A stretch of DNA of 62,668 bases, counting the filler, from Dirinaria sp. TL-2023a (Eukaryota), in assembly GCA_051941275.1 (NCBI GenBank). It is 38 parts of 38 records of this genome, joined end to end, with 100 filler letters (N's around TTAATTAATTAA, not from the genome) between each part and the next. Parts side by side here need not be neighbours in the genome. Positions count along the whole stretch, not along the records: positions 48,068 to 49,602 come from JAVEBF010002666.1; positions 49,703 to 51,237 come from JAVEBF010002667.1; positions 51,338 to 52,872 come from JAVEBF010002668.1; positions 52,973 to 54,506 come from JAVEBF010002669.1; positions 54,607 to 56,140 come from JAVEBF010002670.1; positions 56,241 to 57,773 come from JAVEBF010002671.1; positions 57,874 to 59,406 come from JAVEBF010002672.1; positions 59,507 to 61,037 come from JAVEBF010002673.1; 30 more parts are not named here. The stretch is one strand, 5' to 3'. The notes beneath the pieces are model-generated. The model did no database searches. It was not told the DNA's origin and saw only the letters and a list, made by a program, of their open reading frames with translations. Positions 49,562 through 62,668 of this stretch are shown here, in pieces (positions within the stretch are counted from its first letter, which is position 1; each line of letters opens with the position of its first letter). Made by a program: the position numbers and the translations under genes.

Positions 49562-52500
49562 CGATACGAAAGAACGTCATGTCCTCTTCAATAATTATAG
49601 TTNNNNNNNNNNNNNNNNNNNNNNNNNNNNNNNNNNNNNNNNNNNNTTAATTAATTAANNNNNNNNNNNNNNNNNNNNNNNNNNNNNNNNNNNNNNNNNN
49701 NNGGGGACCTCCTCCGCATCGAGCGACCGAACCCGTCGAGTTCCCCCAAAGACCAAGGTAAGAGAATTTTTTTTTCTCTTTCTCGTTTTTTGTACATTTG
49801 CATACTGCATAGTGAAAGACGATTGAAATAAGGAATGCTGGGCTGGTTCTTCATATTGAATCCTGATGGGGGTTCAAAACTTACTGCACCGGAGATGACT
49901 CCTCAATTTCTTGGGATCTGACCTGGAAGTTTCCTTCCTTTGCTGTCTGGAAATCTGGGGGTTTCAAAATTTCTTGTTGCATCAGGAAAAGCATTGGTCT
50001 CAAATCTCGAACTGCCTTTCCACAAGTGAAAGACCATTGTATGATTTTTTAAATTAGAAGCCTCTCAGAACCTAGCTGTATCTGCTTAAGGCAGAGGCTC
50101 TCAGATAGACGTAACAAACTGAGAGCCCGTTTCTGACCCACAGCGTGAACCATGATAGCAAAAGCAATGAGTGAACAGAGTATGTTATCAATTCCAGAGA
50201 CCGTACTTGAGGGATATCCATCCTAACTTTTCATATCTTACCTATCAAATAGCTAGCTGATCTTGTTCCGACAGAACTGATCAAAAACTAAGCCACTGCC
50301 CATTCAAATCCAGAACACAACGAAAGTCCCTAATTCTATTGCACCCTAGAGCCTATGTACAATTGTTTTCCATTCGTCAATCGCCCACCGCTGCCAGACT
50401 TGCCACGAGGCTTAACCGTAACGAGAAAATAGATGTATGCTTTAATCGTCTGCCTTCGCCTGCTGCCGTCTTCTCACTGCTGGGTTTCGAGGATCGTCCT
50501 TATATTTGTCGGCTGTTAAGTAGCACTTGCGTGAGCAAAAGATTTCTTGAAGATCCAATGACTTGATCTGTAATGGGATAGGATCTTACTGTTCATGAGA
50601 GCAGTTGCAAGTTTGTCGACGCCGTAGAAGACGATTGCGCCTAATCCCAATTAGCTCATGTTCGTCCTGGACTATAATTGGTCTTGAGGAGACAGTAGCA
50701 GAAGGTGCTCATGTTGGAGGAGGCTCGACGGCTGATCGCTTCTGGTACTCTAAGCGGCCAATGGATGATTTCACGATGTGTATACTCTCAGGGAAATGAT
50801 AGACGTACTTGCGATTATGAAAGGAGCCATTGGCCGAGCTGTGCCTATCATTAGCATCAAATCCCACCCTGTTCTCAACCAGGAGCACATACCAACTGGC
50901 ACTGGATATTTCTTTCCCCAGAATCCCTCCGCCATTTTCCAGGAGTCAATACTGGTACCAATGAATTAGGGTTTAGCCGGGCTTGTTGCTGTTCGGATGC
51001 TTGGAGGAATTTGTGGTGAGCCTTTGATGGATGGATGGATGTCCGAGGGTTACGGCGGAGGTCGGCGGAAAAACGTTGAACCGGCCCAAGTCAACAATCC
51101 GTGCAGGACTCTTCTACTACTAGATTCTTGTCTGGCAATTGATGGCGCATAGGGAGAGCCAGAAATTCACTCGCATGATCTAGACAGAAATGGGGTCCGC
51201 GCTTGCTTCTTGCGTATCGTCTCTCCAATCCACGAATNNNNNNNNNNNNNNNNNNNNNNNNNNNNNNNNNNNNNNNNNNNNTTAATTAATTAANNNNNNN
51301 NNNNNNNNNNNNNNNNNNNNNNNNNNNNNNNNNNNNNAAATCTCGATTGAAACAGATAGATTTCTCGATATGAAAAATTGAGTAACAAATCAAAAAATTA
51401 ACACAAATACAAAATTGAGATCGAGACAAAAATGAAATCGATGCGTTTGTTACGCGTAATCATAATGAATTTGTTATCATTACATTGTTTCGTTCATTTT
51501 TCGATTTCTCATCATCATATCGATTTTTTCAATTTCAATCGCTGAATCGATTGTTACATTTCACAAAATAATCATTAAAAAATTTCGTCTCTCATTCGAC
51601 ATGGTTTTTTATGAGCTCAAAATAAACATGTTCGCAATCAGTTTTCAGTTTTTCGTATCATTTGTTTGATAGATTTTCGTGTTGATTTGTCTCTCAAATC
51701 AGATCAAACAGTGTCAAACCTTTGTTCAGTTAGTTTAGTCACTCCTTTCCATGAGAAAAACGTCATACACTTGTTCTGGAGGCAAAGCCATCATCCTCCC
51801 AATTCCTGATCAGAGTCTTGACAAGGCTTCCTGAGAGCCTCTGCTGGCTCATCCAAACTTCGCGCTTTTACGGCATCTGAGACTTTCTTATCGATCCAGA
51901 GCAAAGTGACTCATCCTATTGGTCATTTTTCTTTCTTTTTTCTCTTCTCGGATCGTGTCCCTTTGAGTCTATCGATTCGTATCGATGTATGGCCACGAGA
52001 AAGACGGTAATACTTCGTCAACGATATCGCGGCCTCTATCTATTCTGCTTTCACCAACCTAAAACGATTGGATCCAAGATCACGTTGAAAACAGGCAAAG
52101 GCACGTAGATTAGCTTCTACGTCGAGTCGATGATCTTCGATATACTAGAAATGTTAGCAGCTACCGCACCGTCAGCTTAGAGGTGAACTTACTCCAGTCT
52201 TTGGACTGAGACCAATGGTGCAAAACCTTGCAATAGTCACAAGGACCAAGTTCCCGCTTACGCTTACGTTTTCCAGACATGATAAACCATCACAGTCTAT
52301 TTATATTATAACATGTGCGACTCCTGCGTAGATTTAGCTATTATAACCGCAAGTGCGGTCTTTTTAAGTGGGTGGTTCAATAGTGCTTTCTCGTTGAAAG
52401 AAATTTCTGTTAGATCTGCACGACTTTGCTGCGCGTGTGCTCTTGCTCTTCTGAGCGTTGTCTATATTTTTGCTATTTTCTTTGCAAATTGGCGCAGTAT

Positions 52501-52972
52501 GGTTAAATGCTGACAAGTCGTCTGCACATGCTATGGGGGTGGTACTCAGTGACAAGTTTAACGAAAGATAATCGCTTCGATCACGCACTGATTCGACAAA
52601 ATCATATCGTCAGTATTAAGCTCAAGACTTCAAACTTCGTGATACAACGACTGTAGCGATGACGCTTTCGTGGATTTCGTCTTCAGTCGGAAGAACAAGA
52701 CATTCTTCGAGATTTATATCTTTGATTTTCGAGCTCTTCTTGTTCGAAGTTTTCTTTTCTTCGAATTCAATGTTTCGTGATAGAATCTGATCATCATATG
52801 CGCGGGATGTTAGTTGCTCATATAATAATCATGACGAAGTTTCGTCTCTTTCTTTGAATCGCTGGCTATTGCNNNNNNNNNNNNNNNNNNNNNNNNNNNN
52901 NNNNNNNNNNNNNNNNTTAATTAATTAANNNNNNNNNNNNNNNNNNNNNNNNNNNNNNNNNNNNNNNNNNNN

Positions 52973-53040
52973 ACTACCCACCTAACTACCCACCTAATTA
53001 CCTACCGAACTGCCTACCTAACTACCTACCTAACTGCCTA
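52973..53040. repeat. Short tandem repeat (ACTACC(C/T)ACCTA-like, 12 bp)
   Basis: About 5 degenerate units at the contig start. Confidence 0.7.
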
Positions 53041-54961
53041 TCATAGGAAAAAGCATGGGAAAAAAGCATGCGAAACACCTTATTACTCACCTTACTGCCT
53101 GTCATAGTGACTGCCATAGTGACTGTCATACTGTGTTGATTTTCATTTCTTATCTTAACTTGAGATAAAAGATTATGTCAGAGTTGTACGATTCTTGTGA
53201 TTTAACCCTAATTTTTTCACCTTGAGAAATGAGATAAATAGATGAAAACGAGTATCGCAGACAGTATAGCAGACAGTATTATGACAGATGATGTTGTGGT
53301 TGTGCGAAACAAAAGATGTAAAAGTGAAGTGAGATTTTCAATTTTGGATCCCGGATTTTGAATTTTGAGTTTTTGATTTTTTGCCGCAAAATAAGTTTGG
53401 TCGACCGTAATAGGGGCAGAGGCCTCGCTTTGAAACTCCTCGCACGTTGGACTTTGAGCCTCATATTTCTTTGGGGCTGGCGTAGGGCTGCGCCTAATTC
53501 TTCCCCAAGTGACAAATGATACATCGATACTGGCTGAATCTGCAATAAAAGAGCCTCTCTTTAACCACAGTTTCAAATTCTTCCTTTCACGAGCAAGGGA
53601 GATACAATAGGAAGATTCGATTCTAGCTTGCACTGATAAGGGTCGCGCATCCTTTGTCGTCTGATCATCCGTATAAAAAGCTGGGTCACAACTTCTACAA
53701 GTCCTTCTGTTTGCCCTTTCTTTGCGATATAGCTGATAATTCTTCGTCTTGGATTCGATTTAATTTGAGCTTCCATTATTCTGTTTCATTCTACCTGGTA
53801 GCCCATATCCTCATTAACGGCTATGAAGATGCTAAGACAATTTCTACCTTTTAAAAAAAAATTTGGGCTCGCGGCACTATAGCTAAAGCTTACGCAAGTG
53901 TATAAATAACAAACCCCGTATGTTTTGCTCCACTCTGGACTTGCCTGTGTAAGGAGTCGGAAAATCCATGATCCTCAGGCACGGATGATAATTTGCAGCT
54001 ACGAATCAAAAGCATCATATAGGAACGAGATCTGCATCGTTCCGTGACACCTTATTTTCAAATTTTATATTTCAAGAAATTGTCTGGCGGAGTTGTACCT
54101 AGTATGATAGACGTTCGAACGAATTGAAACGAAAGCGCTCCAGAGCCTTCATAGGAAGTACAGTAACTTCAAGTTTGATTCTTTGAAAAAGCCGTGGATG
54201 GACAGAAAATGTTTATGGAACCTTCGTTAGCGATTTCTCAAAGCTCACAACCTATATGGCGAGGGATCACTGATTGTGCAGACTGGCATCATGTGACTCC
54301 AAAGCCCTGAAGGCCTCCACCTTTTTGTCCTTGGGGTTCACCTGTCTTCTCAGTTACAGCCCATCATCACTTCTCGCTGCACTTATGGTGAGCTTACCTT
54401 TCCAGACAGGCTTTCAAGTCAATTTTTCAACCACACAAGAGCTTCCTCTACACCACCTTACTACTCGCGCACCAGCACGTATGATATCAAGCTGCACCTA
54501 GGCAGGNNNNNNNNNNNNNNNNNNNNNNNNNNNNNNNNNNNNNNNNNNNNTTAATTAATTAANNNNNNNNNNNNNNNNNNNNNNNNNNNNNNNNNNNNNN
54601 NNNNNNGGAAGGGGAGGGGGAGCTTCGTTGCTGGTTTTTTGTTGGTCGTTTCGCTTTTTTTTTTTTTTTTTTTTTTCTTTCGGCGTGCGAAAGTATAGTC
54701 TATAAGGTATACAGTATAGCAGGCGGTATAGCTTACGCTCTCTCTACCTTTTTCTTTCTTTATTCATTTTCTTTTCCCCCTTCTTTTTCGAAGAATCGCC
54801 ATCTCTGCATTTACTATTTACTTACATATAAGATTACGACTACTCGCTCGTGCAAGGAAGTAACGAGTTTTTTTTAATTCATGGTTGTGTGTATCTAATC
54901 GTCATTTATAGACTACAAATATATGATACAGTTTCGAGCTCATTTCCCAGAGCGCATCTTT

Positions 54962-56066
54962 TCATAACTTCGAATTCTTCATCCCCTTCACGCCCGTGAC
55001 CGCGTGGTCGCTGAGCAAAAAATCCGGGTACTCGAAGCCCGCGCCTAGGGTCGAGCCCTGGGTTCGCCATGCTGCGCCGTCGACTGCCGGATTTCGGTTA
55101 ATTAGTAACCGATCAGAAAAGGGAAAACTAAAAGCCCAAAAACTCACCAACCAAGACCGTCCCACTCACGTACCCTGCCGCCTCGCTGAACAGATACACC
55201 GTCGCGTCGGCAATCTCCCTCACGGTCCCGAACCGGCCCACCGGAACCCGCTTCATACTTCCGCTGGCGTCCTCTTTCCTCGATAACCGTTCCATGCCTT
55301 CCGTGCCGCCGATGGGGCCCGGGGCGATGACGTTCGATGTGATGCCTCGAGGCCCGAATTCGAGCGCCACGTTGGCCGAGAGCGCGTCCACCCCGGCTTT
55401 GGCGACCGCCACGTGCGTTTGTAGGGGTGTGCCCGTGTAGTGCAGGGTTGCGGAGACGAAGATGATGCGTCCGCCGAGGGGGGAGGGGGATGCTGCTTTC
55501 TGTTTGCTTAATATTGGGGGAAGAAATGAGGTATTGCGGTGAGAGGGGAGTGTTGGCTTTGAAGCACTTACAGTCGGTTTTAGTCCGAGCGGCTGATTTG
55601 ACGAGTTCAGGTATCGTCGCTTTGACGGTGTTGTACGAGCCCAGAACATCGATGTCCATCACGGATTTGAAAGCGTTCGCGCTGAGCTGGTTGATCGGCG
55701 CGAGGAAATTGCCTGCTGCCCCGGCACTAAACCCCTCTTCAATCCCTACTCATGCCCTTATACAAGATCCACAAATAACAGACAGAGAAAAAAACAATAA
55801 TACGTACATCACATAATCTATCCCCCCCAGCACACTGACACACTTCTCAACAGCCCTCTGCAAGCTTTCTACATTCCTCACATCCACCGCGCCGATCCCG
55901 AGCACTTTCGCCCCTGGGCGTGCAGTCGCGATGTCCCGGGCCATGGTCTCGGTCTTCTCGACATTGCGCCCTACAATGCAGGCGTTTGCGCCGAGGTGCA
56001 CGAGCGCGCGGACTTGGGCGCTGCAGATTGTCCCTGCGCCGCCGGTGCAGAAGACGATGCGGTTGT
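54962..56066 (-). CDS. SPS19: Peroxisomal 2,4-dienoyl-CoA reductase (SDR), multi-exon, first exon missing
   Basis: [11 protein letters not shown]ossmann motif, [33 protein letters not shown]-terminal SKL PTS1. Confidence 0.9.
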
Positions 56067-57873
56067 CTGATTGTATTAAGCGTTAGTGGGGTTCTGAGAC
56101 TGGGATTTGAAGAGATGGAGGGGAATGAATAGTGGTAAGGNNNNNNNNNNNNNNNNNNNNNNNNNNNNNNNNNNNNNNNNNNNNTTAATTAATTAANNNN
56201 NNNNNNNNNNNNNNNNNNNNNNNNNNNNNNNNNNNNNNNNTGTAAATGGAATATGAAGTGCAGAAGATCATCTTGATCTCAGAAGACTTGAGGTATTAAT
56301 TGGGCAGATGACAACAACAATGTGGGATATGTCAAGGATGAGCTATTGATGCAAAAGTGATCCTTCCAGTTGACAATCATCACCAGGATCAAGGCAGACT
56401 AAAGCCTGCACAGTCAAAGACAGGGCAAGCCAAGATTGAAAGCGATTTTGCCACCTAGAGTGATCCAAGGAACTCTCACCACCAACAACCTTGAGGAGTA
56501 TGCAAAGTAGCAATAGCAGAAAGTGAGGAAGAATTCAAGAAGAAAGTGAGGGAGAAAGGATTGTGTTAGGTTGTGTTGGAAGTGGGGGGATTCCAAATCA
56601 GCTTGTTCCCCCTAGCCTTGCTAGGCACTTGCAATTATTGTGTCGGATTGTGTCGTTGCGGCTACGCAGTTCTTTATTTCCAGAGTTAAACCACTTCCAT
56701 CAGATGACCATCCCACCTCTAAAACCAGCTAGATCTTTCCATGGGCTTGGAACGCAAGGGCAGGGATCTTAGTGGCCTTGTTCTCAGGCAGCAAGGGCTT
56801 CCCCATGTGCCACTTTTTCATGTCTTTCCATACTCTAGAGCCCCTGCAAGCAGCCTTCATTCAGATATGCAGAGCCCGGCAATGTCCCTTTATTTTCCGA
56901 ATTTAGGATAGGCAGTACAAGGACTTCTTGCTATGCAGCAAAGGATTCTATTTCTTCTCGTCTCAGAGCCTTTCTTAATTCTAGCAAGCCCATCAAAATT
57001 GTCAATCACTCAAATAGATACTGAACAAGGGTTGGGATAACCCGAATCCTTGCATGAAGTGGACGGAAATTACCCTTTGAGGTTTGAGACAGAAGATGAG
57101 ACTCTACTTAGATAGACTTAGAGAATGCAGTAGCTGGTTCCTGAGAAACGTTGAAAGAGTAATGATGGCTTGCAACAGAGTTTCCAAATGCAAATATTTG
57201 ACGATACCTGAGCATAGAACTAAGGCTACAAGACGAGTTTGTTGAGGAGCTTGGGAAAGTGAGTTCTCAAGAAGGAATATGTGGTTGAATGATTTGAAAT
57301 AGACTATATACTGTGGGAGAGCCAAAAAAATACTTCTTATGACGATATAGTAGTCAGCAGAGAGGCAAACGTCGTCCAAGACGTGTGGAGGCGTTTGTCT
57401 CTTTGGATTGATTAAAGCCTTCCGTTTTTTCAAACTCACTCGGCCTTCTTTGCGCCATGCCGACAGAAGCTCTCCCTCGTTCGCAGGAAGTGAATTTTTA
57501 TGTGAGTTTCGGCGCTTTTTCTCTGCTGTGACTCGTTCCTTCATATCCCCGTCGGTGACAGGACGTAGAGGCATTAGCCAGTCGCTTTCTGATGTTTCCA
57601 TGGACTCTGGCGTTTGGAGAAGATTTTTGATCGAGCCGCAGAGTGATTTTCTCGGCACTTCCGGCAGTACCAACCACCAGACAAGCAGGGCTCCAGAGTG
57701 AGCTCCTTGTTTTCGTGGTAGTGCTGGTCAGGATGCAGGTAAGAGTTTCTCCATGCCTCATCCGAACCATGTGNNNNNNNNNNNNNNNNNNNNNNNNNNN
57801 NNNNNNNNNNNNNNNNNTTAATTAATTAANNNNNNNNNNNNNNNNNNNNNNNNNNNNNNNNNNNNNNNNNNNN

Positions 57874-58145
57874 ATCCCGAGGCTAACTAGGAGCCAGTGA
57901 GCGGTTGACGCTTATAGGGCATTGTGCCTACGAGCGCTCGTGACCCGCCAGCGCGGGGCTCGTCACGGTGGGGCAATGTTAACGCTCGCGGTTAAGTATA
58001 GGGGACCACCCACCCTTTCGGGGGGGGTCCTTAGTGATTAGTTCTAGCAGGAACTACAGTATCAGGTAGCCATATAATCTATTACACTGCCACATCTTTC
58101 ACACAAGTACTGCGCCGGCGGGTAACCGGCGCATACGACCTTATA
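57874..58145 (+). repeat. LTR family A, little-mutated copy
   Basis: Colinear with 16327-16599 but retains CC/GG runs. Confidence 0.9.
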
Positions 58146-58609
58146 GTTTTTCCAGTGCCAAGCTGTTGCAACGATTTCGGGAACGCTAATAGGGGTATTC
58201 AGATTAGGAATTTCGAAAATCCTGGAATGCTGGAAGACCTGGAAGACCTTTTTCTTGGAAGACCTAGAACAGCTGTTTTCTCTGTTTTATCATGAGGACC
58301 CTCATCTGACATTTATCAGAAAGACTCCTGATTCAGATGTTTCATTAGATAATGGCGGCTCTTTACTGCAGTAGCGTTAGATAGAATAATCGTCCTATCG
58401 ACACGATCGAGGATTTGTCAGTAGTTGAAGATGTCTCGAAAAAGCCTCAAATACTACGTCGTTCATAACGTCTATTTTCTCTTTCTTCACGCGATGACCT
58501 TCGAGAGTATCACCTCGTCGACATCTATGCGATGATCTTCGAGAGTATTATCTCGTCAACATGTATACGATGACTCGTCTTAATTCTAGAGTAATAGAAG
58601 GTAAGGAGG

Positions 58610-59406
58610 TGTTATGATACTTTGACCCTTACGACCTAGTGACTTATTACGTGAGATGGGTGAAAGCTTTCCCAAGGTTCTCTGGGGTCAGTAAGACCCA
58701 AGCGGATACTCGAAAACTTCTAAATGATTTGATATCATCGCTCTATAAGCGCTGCGTAGACTTCAGTATAATATATCCGCAATACTGCCAAGTGATTGCG
58801 GAGTCGTATAGAATAAAGAGACCATTCTCATTTCGAGAACTTGAGTTTCTCAGTAATTAGTCTTGATAGTTATAGACTTCTTGTTTCTCATACTGTTGCA
58901 CATTGCCACATAACCTAGCTAGTACTTGATTTTCATAAGAAAATTCTTACTAGCATAACAATTCTAATTACTCTCCTTCTAAGGGTGATGATTCGTATAC
59001 AGTATGATAGAAACAATCCGACAAGAACGTGTCGCGTCGCGGTCTGCAAGTGTGCGTGATTTGAGCGAGCAGCTAGACGAGAATCAGCAACATGAAGATG
59101 TTCTAGACGAGATGATAAATACATCGCATGAAGATGCATCACTCCGCGACTCTGCCTTTAATGGTCGATCTTCTGTCATCTTGACGGCTTTGGACGCACA
59201 ATTGGCACAAGTCATACGCGAACGCGATGAGCTTCGAACGAAGAAGATGAAACTTCAAAGAATTCAGATAAAAATTAAATCTCTAAAACAAGCCGCGACA
59301 AATCTGCAAGCCGCTGTTGACACGACGTCGAGCCGAGATGAAGACGACGACGTTGAGATCGTCCCCGAATTCGAAGTTGGGACGAGAATTGCTCGAGAGA
59401 TAAAAC
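58610..59406 (+). mobile_element. LTR family B followed by a gag-like coiled-coil ORF (59004 onward)
   Basis: TGTTATGATAC start matches 8621 and 61297 copies; the downstream ORF runs to the contig end. Confidence 0.75.
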
Positions 59407-61137
59407 NNNNNNNNNNNNNNNNNNNNNNNNNNNNNNNNNNNNNNNNNNNNTTAATTAATTAANNNNNNNNNNNNNNNNNNNNNNNNNNNNNNNNNNNNNN
59501 NNNNNNGGATTCGATGATTCGAATTGGTGGATACTGTGTGTGGTAAGGATACCGGATACGGTTCCCCCGAGCATCAATGAAAGCAATACCAAGATCATCG
59601 AGATACTCTTGAGTCAGCCCTCTCGAACTGATAGTCGTTGACCCTTCATCAATGTTGGGTAGAGTTTGGCTTTGAGGTCTACGACTTGCTATGTTCTGCC
59701 CTTGTAGCCGGAAGCGACCGAAAGATGAGTTTTGAGAGTTGTTCTGGGCTACGTTTGCGTCGGCGGTCCGGCGACTAGCGTTGGGCTTGGGAGTTTTCCT
59801 GGGCATAACGTGGAGTCAGGAGTCCTGTGGTATCTTTGTAATGATGACGTTTCAGCTGTGAATATAATTTTTCCGGTAGTACTGAAGGGGCTGTTTGTCG
59901 ATAACGTGAGACATTTTATACAAGCCCATGCCCAGAGCGTGATGTCTCCACCATACTCTTTGTACAAGACACAATGCCATTGTTTTGGGGTAAGCTATTA
60001 CGAACAAAGACCTTTGGACGATTTGTTCTCGATTCGTTCCTAACACATTAGCTACAGGGAACGACTGTTGGGAATGTTAGAATGATGGTTAATTTACGTA
60101 TTCAGCTCAAGGCTGAAGCGAATTGAAAGGCTGATAGGACGACAAGCTTGCTAGAGGCCCCGGTGACTATTTGCTCGAGACAGAGGCATGTTTGCAAATC
60201 TTATTGAGTACATCAAATAGACCTCTGACCGTGAGCAAGCAGCGATGGTATGTCCTGATAACTCACTTTCAGCGGGTAGATCAGAGTGATGAGGAATGTT
60301 GTTTCATTTCAAGGTCTGTACGATGCGGACTGACGCTTTCGGAAGAGAGCCAGAAAAACAAGCTGCTAACTTCCCGAAGTTGACGAAATACCATACTCGC
60401 AAAACACAAAGATTTGGACTACGTATTGGAGACTTGGCAAGGAGTTTCAAAGCGCTTATTAATTTCAGCGCTCGACTCTGGCTTGTGTTTCAAAATTGCT
60501 CCTGACTTCATCGCTTGGACCCTCCAGAAGCAACAAGACACTGCCTGTTGGGACGAAATTAAACGATTTGTCCAGAGTTTGTTAACTTCTTCTGGTTCGA
60601 AAATATAGGGTGTAGGAGATGATTTGCCGGCACTTGTGTGTGGTCATTTCAAGACCAATCCAATGCACTAGCAGGATGTTGGGTGACGGTTGCCACCACA
60701 GTTCCGGTTGCCTCTGAACTGAGCACCGACTTGCAACTTCTTCGAATTGAAAATGGAACTTCTACTTGCGAACGCTGAAGTTCATGGCATGACCTGCAGA
60801 TGCTCTGAACATTGACGATATTGTTGTTCTCCAACAAGGCTGACAAAATCCTACTGGTTCTCCTTGTGGATACAATTGACAACGGAGGGAGCAAACATGA
60901 GTTCAATACATAGCTCATTGAAAGCCTTGAGCTGGTCTCAAAGGATATAAAGAAGATATAGCGCTAGTCGTGAAAAAGGTTCAAGTCTCGATGGGCTCAA
61001 AATGACTCTAAGCGCGTGAAAGCCGGGCTGATGGCACNNNNNNNNNNNNNNNNNNNNNNNNNNNNNNNNNNNNNNNNNNNNTTAATTAATTAANNNNNNN
61101 NNNNNNNNNNNNNNNNNNNNNNNNNNNNNNNNNNNNN

Positions 61138-61297
61138 GTACTGAAGTCTACGCAGCGCTTATAGAGCGATGACATCAAATCATCTAGAAGTTTCCGAGTA
61201 TCCGCTTGGGTTCTACTGACCTCAGAGAATCTTGGGAAAGCTTCCACCCATCTCACGTAATAAGTCACTAGGCCGTAAGGGTCAAAGTATCATGACA
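61138..61297 (-). repeat. LTR family B, 5' part, abutting a truncated family D LTR
   Basis: Matches 8462-8621. Confidence 0.85.
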
Positions 61298-61488
61298 TCA
61301 ATGCAGGTATAGTTAACTAAGATATTATCACTAAGGAAGGAAAGAAGAAGAAGAGAAGCTAGATACAATGGGGGTCCCAGATATATACGCGTGCGGATGT
61401 CGCGTACCCCGATCAGGTTAGCGCATTACCCCTGAGAACCATGAGAGGTATTGCCCCAGGTAGTATACCTAGGTGCATGCTCGTAACA
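61298..61488 (-). repeat. LTR family D, truncated, inverted relative to 61553-61767
   Basis: Reverse complement of 61553-61744. Confidence 0.85.
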
Positions 61489-61552
61489 AGAATGTTTTGA
61501 TTTTGAACGATGAAAAAAATCGATCATAAATGAGAATACGAATTTTCATTGT

Positions 61553-61767
61553 TGTTACGAGCATGCACCTGGTATACTACCTGGGGCAACACCTCTCAGG
61601 GTTCTCAGGGGTAATGAGCTAACCCGATCGGGGTGTTTACCCGACACCCGCACACACGCATATATACCCGGGACCCCCTATTGTATCTAGTTTTTCTTCT
61701 TCTTCCTTAGTGATAATATCCTTAGTTAACTATACCTGCATTGACTTGCTCTGCACCGGTCCTAACA
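61553..61767 (+). mobile_element. Solo LTR family D (215 bp)
   Basis: TGTTA...TAACA termini; TSD ATTGT (61548-61552 / 61768-61772). Confidence 0.9.
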
Positions 61768-61930
61768 ATTGTGTTATTGAGAACATTGAATGAACACGTC
61801 AATATATCGACAGATTCAGACGATAAACAAAAAAAATCAATTCGCTCTGTAATTTTAAATGATTCGACATATTTGTAAGGGAACCACAGCATCTATAGAC
61901 AGAAGACATAATATTTGAAGATACTATGAC

Positions 61931-62187
61931 TGTCATGGCCTGCACAGCGCTCATAGGCATATGGGTACTACTAGACTAGGACACTAAGTATAAGGAAGAA
62001 AAGAAGGAAAAAACCAGAAGAAGCAGAAGTATAAGTACAGGAGGTGCAAGCAGCAAATAGGGGGTCGGGTATGCGGGTAACACGCCTAGGAGGGTATAGT
62101 GCAAAACCCCTTAATATCAGAGTCCTCAGGGTCCTCCAGGGTCCTCCAGGGTCCACACATAGGTGCTTCCAGGTTAGGTTCCTGACA
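61931..62187 (+). mobile_element. Solo LTR family C (257 bp)
   Basis: TGTCA...TGACA termini; TSD ATGAC (61926-61930 / 62188-62192). Confidence 0.92.
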
Positions 62188-62321
62188 ATGACTATGTACG
62201 ACAATATCAGACTGTTGCGGCACTGTGCTATGACCTATCTTTATGCGGTAGTCTGAGGAACAGAAACGCATCATGATCAAGAAGACGCATCTTCTTGACG
62301 CTTGAACTTGATAATCACGTG

Positions 62322-62456
62322 GTCAGTTCAAGTAGTTCAAAATAATCTGATGTCTAAACATCTTGATTAGTTCAAGTAGTTCAAGAGAATCTGATGTTTA
62401 GACATCTTGATCAGTTCAAATAGTTTAAGAGAATCTGATGCTTGAACATCTTGAGC
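62322..62456. repeat. 45-bp tandem repeat (3 units) within a mutated element
   Basis: AGTTCAAGTAGTTCAAGAGAATCTGATG..ACATCTTGA repeated three times. Confidence 0.8.
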
Positions 62457-62565
62457 ACTTAGCGTAGAAAGACTACTATATAGATCTTTAACACGACGTT
62501 TTTTTGACATCGTATTCAATCTCAGTGTAACAGTGATACCTGATACATTGGTATATATTGACCAA

Positions 62566-62668
62566 TGCAGGCTAGCGCCGCTTGGCAGCCGGGGGTGCCC
62601 AGGGGCAATCCTTCGGGGTCTGAAGCATGGCTAGCGCCGCCTAGGAGCCAGCGTCGAAAGGTTGGATC
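62566..62668 (+). repeat. 5' part of LTR family A, little mutated, cut by the window end
   Basis: GAGCCAGCGTCGAAAGGTTGGATC matches GAGTCAGCGTCGAAAGATTGAATC at 16305; probable TG start at 62566. Confidence 0.7.

Noticed and set aside
51712..52313. Possible TG...CA solo LTR
   Set aside because: No TSD and no second copy in the window.
56241..57060. Traces of a chromodomain (EYEVQKI) and an RT-like segment
   Set aside because: Too degenerate to support without an HMM search.
1582..61137. Regularly spaced TTAATTAATTAA repeats suggesting a CRISPR-like array
   Set aside because: They are artificial linkers embedded in N runs between contigs.
1..62668. A gene cluster or multi-gene system made of neighbouring genes (MAT, ESCRT, NC2 and others)
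   Set aside because: The contigs are size-sorted and unlinked, and may not all come from one organism.

Overview
This is not a continuous locus. It is 38 unrelated fungal contigs of about 1.5-1.6 kb, ordered by decreasing length (about 1580 down to 1530 bp) and joined by artificial 100-nt spacers (N44-TTAATTAATTAA-N44), so adjacency across spacers means nothing. The DNA is from a filamentous ascomycete (Pezizomycotina): short GT-AG introns with CTAAC/CTAAT branch points, a MAT1-1-1 alpha-box gene and many mutated transposons. Recognisable host genes: MAT1-1-1, NC2-beta (NCB2), a CHMP7/Chm7-like ESCRT protein, SPS19-like peroxisomal dienoyl-CoA reductase, an Mtr-like amino-acid permease, a PhyH-family dioxygenase, an ankyrin-repeat protein, a ccg-6-like GPI cell-wall protein and a CorA-like protein. 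Many contigs are Ty3/Gypsy, LINE or Tc1-like remnants with nested solo LTRs and 5-bp target-site duplications. The most interesting signals: (1) a RIP-like hypermutation on both strands that prefers CpC>TpC (GpG>GpA) and spares CpG, unlike canonical CpA RIP, and that also hit a host-type gene; (2) a heavily base-paired element of about 450 nt in an unusually long NC2-beta intron; (3) -1 frameshift signals in three retroelements; (4) an intron-containing twin-retropepsin gene preceded by 24-nt micro-exons. All calls are by eye, with no database searches.
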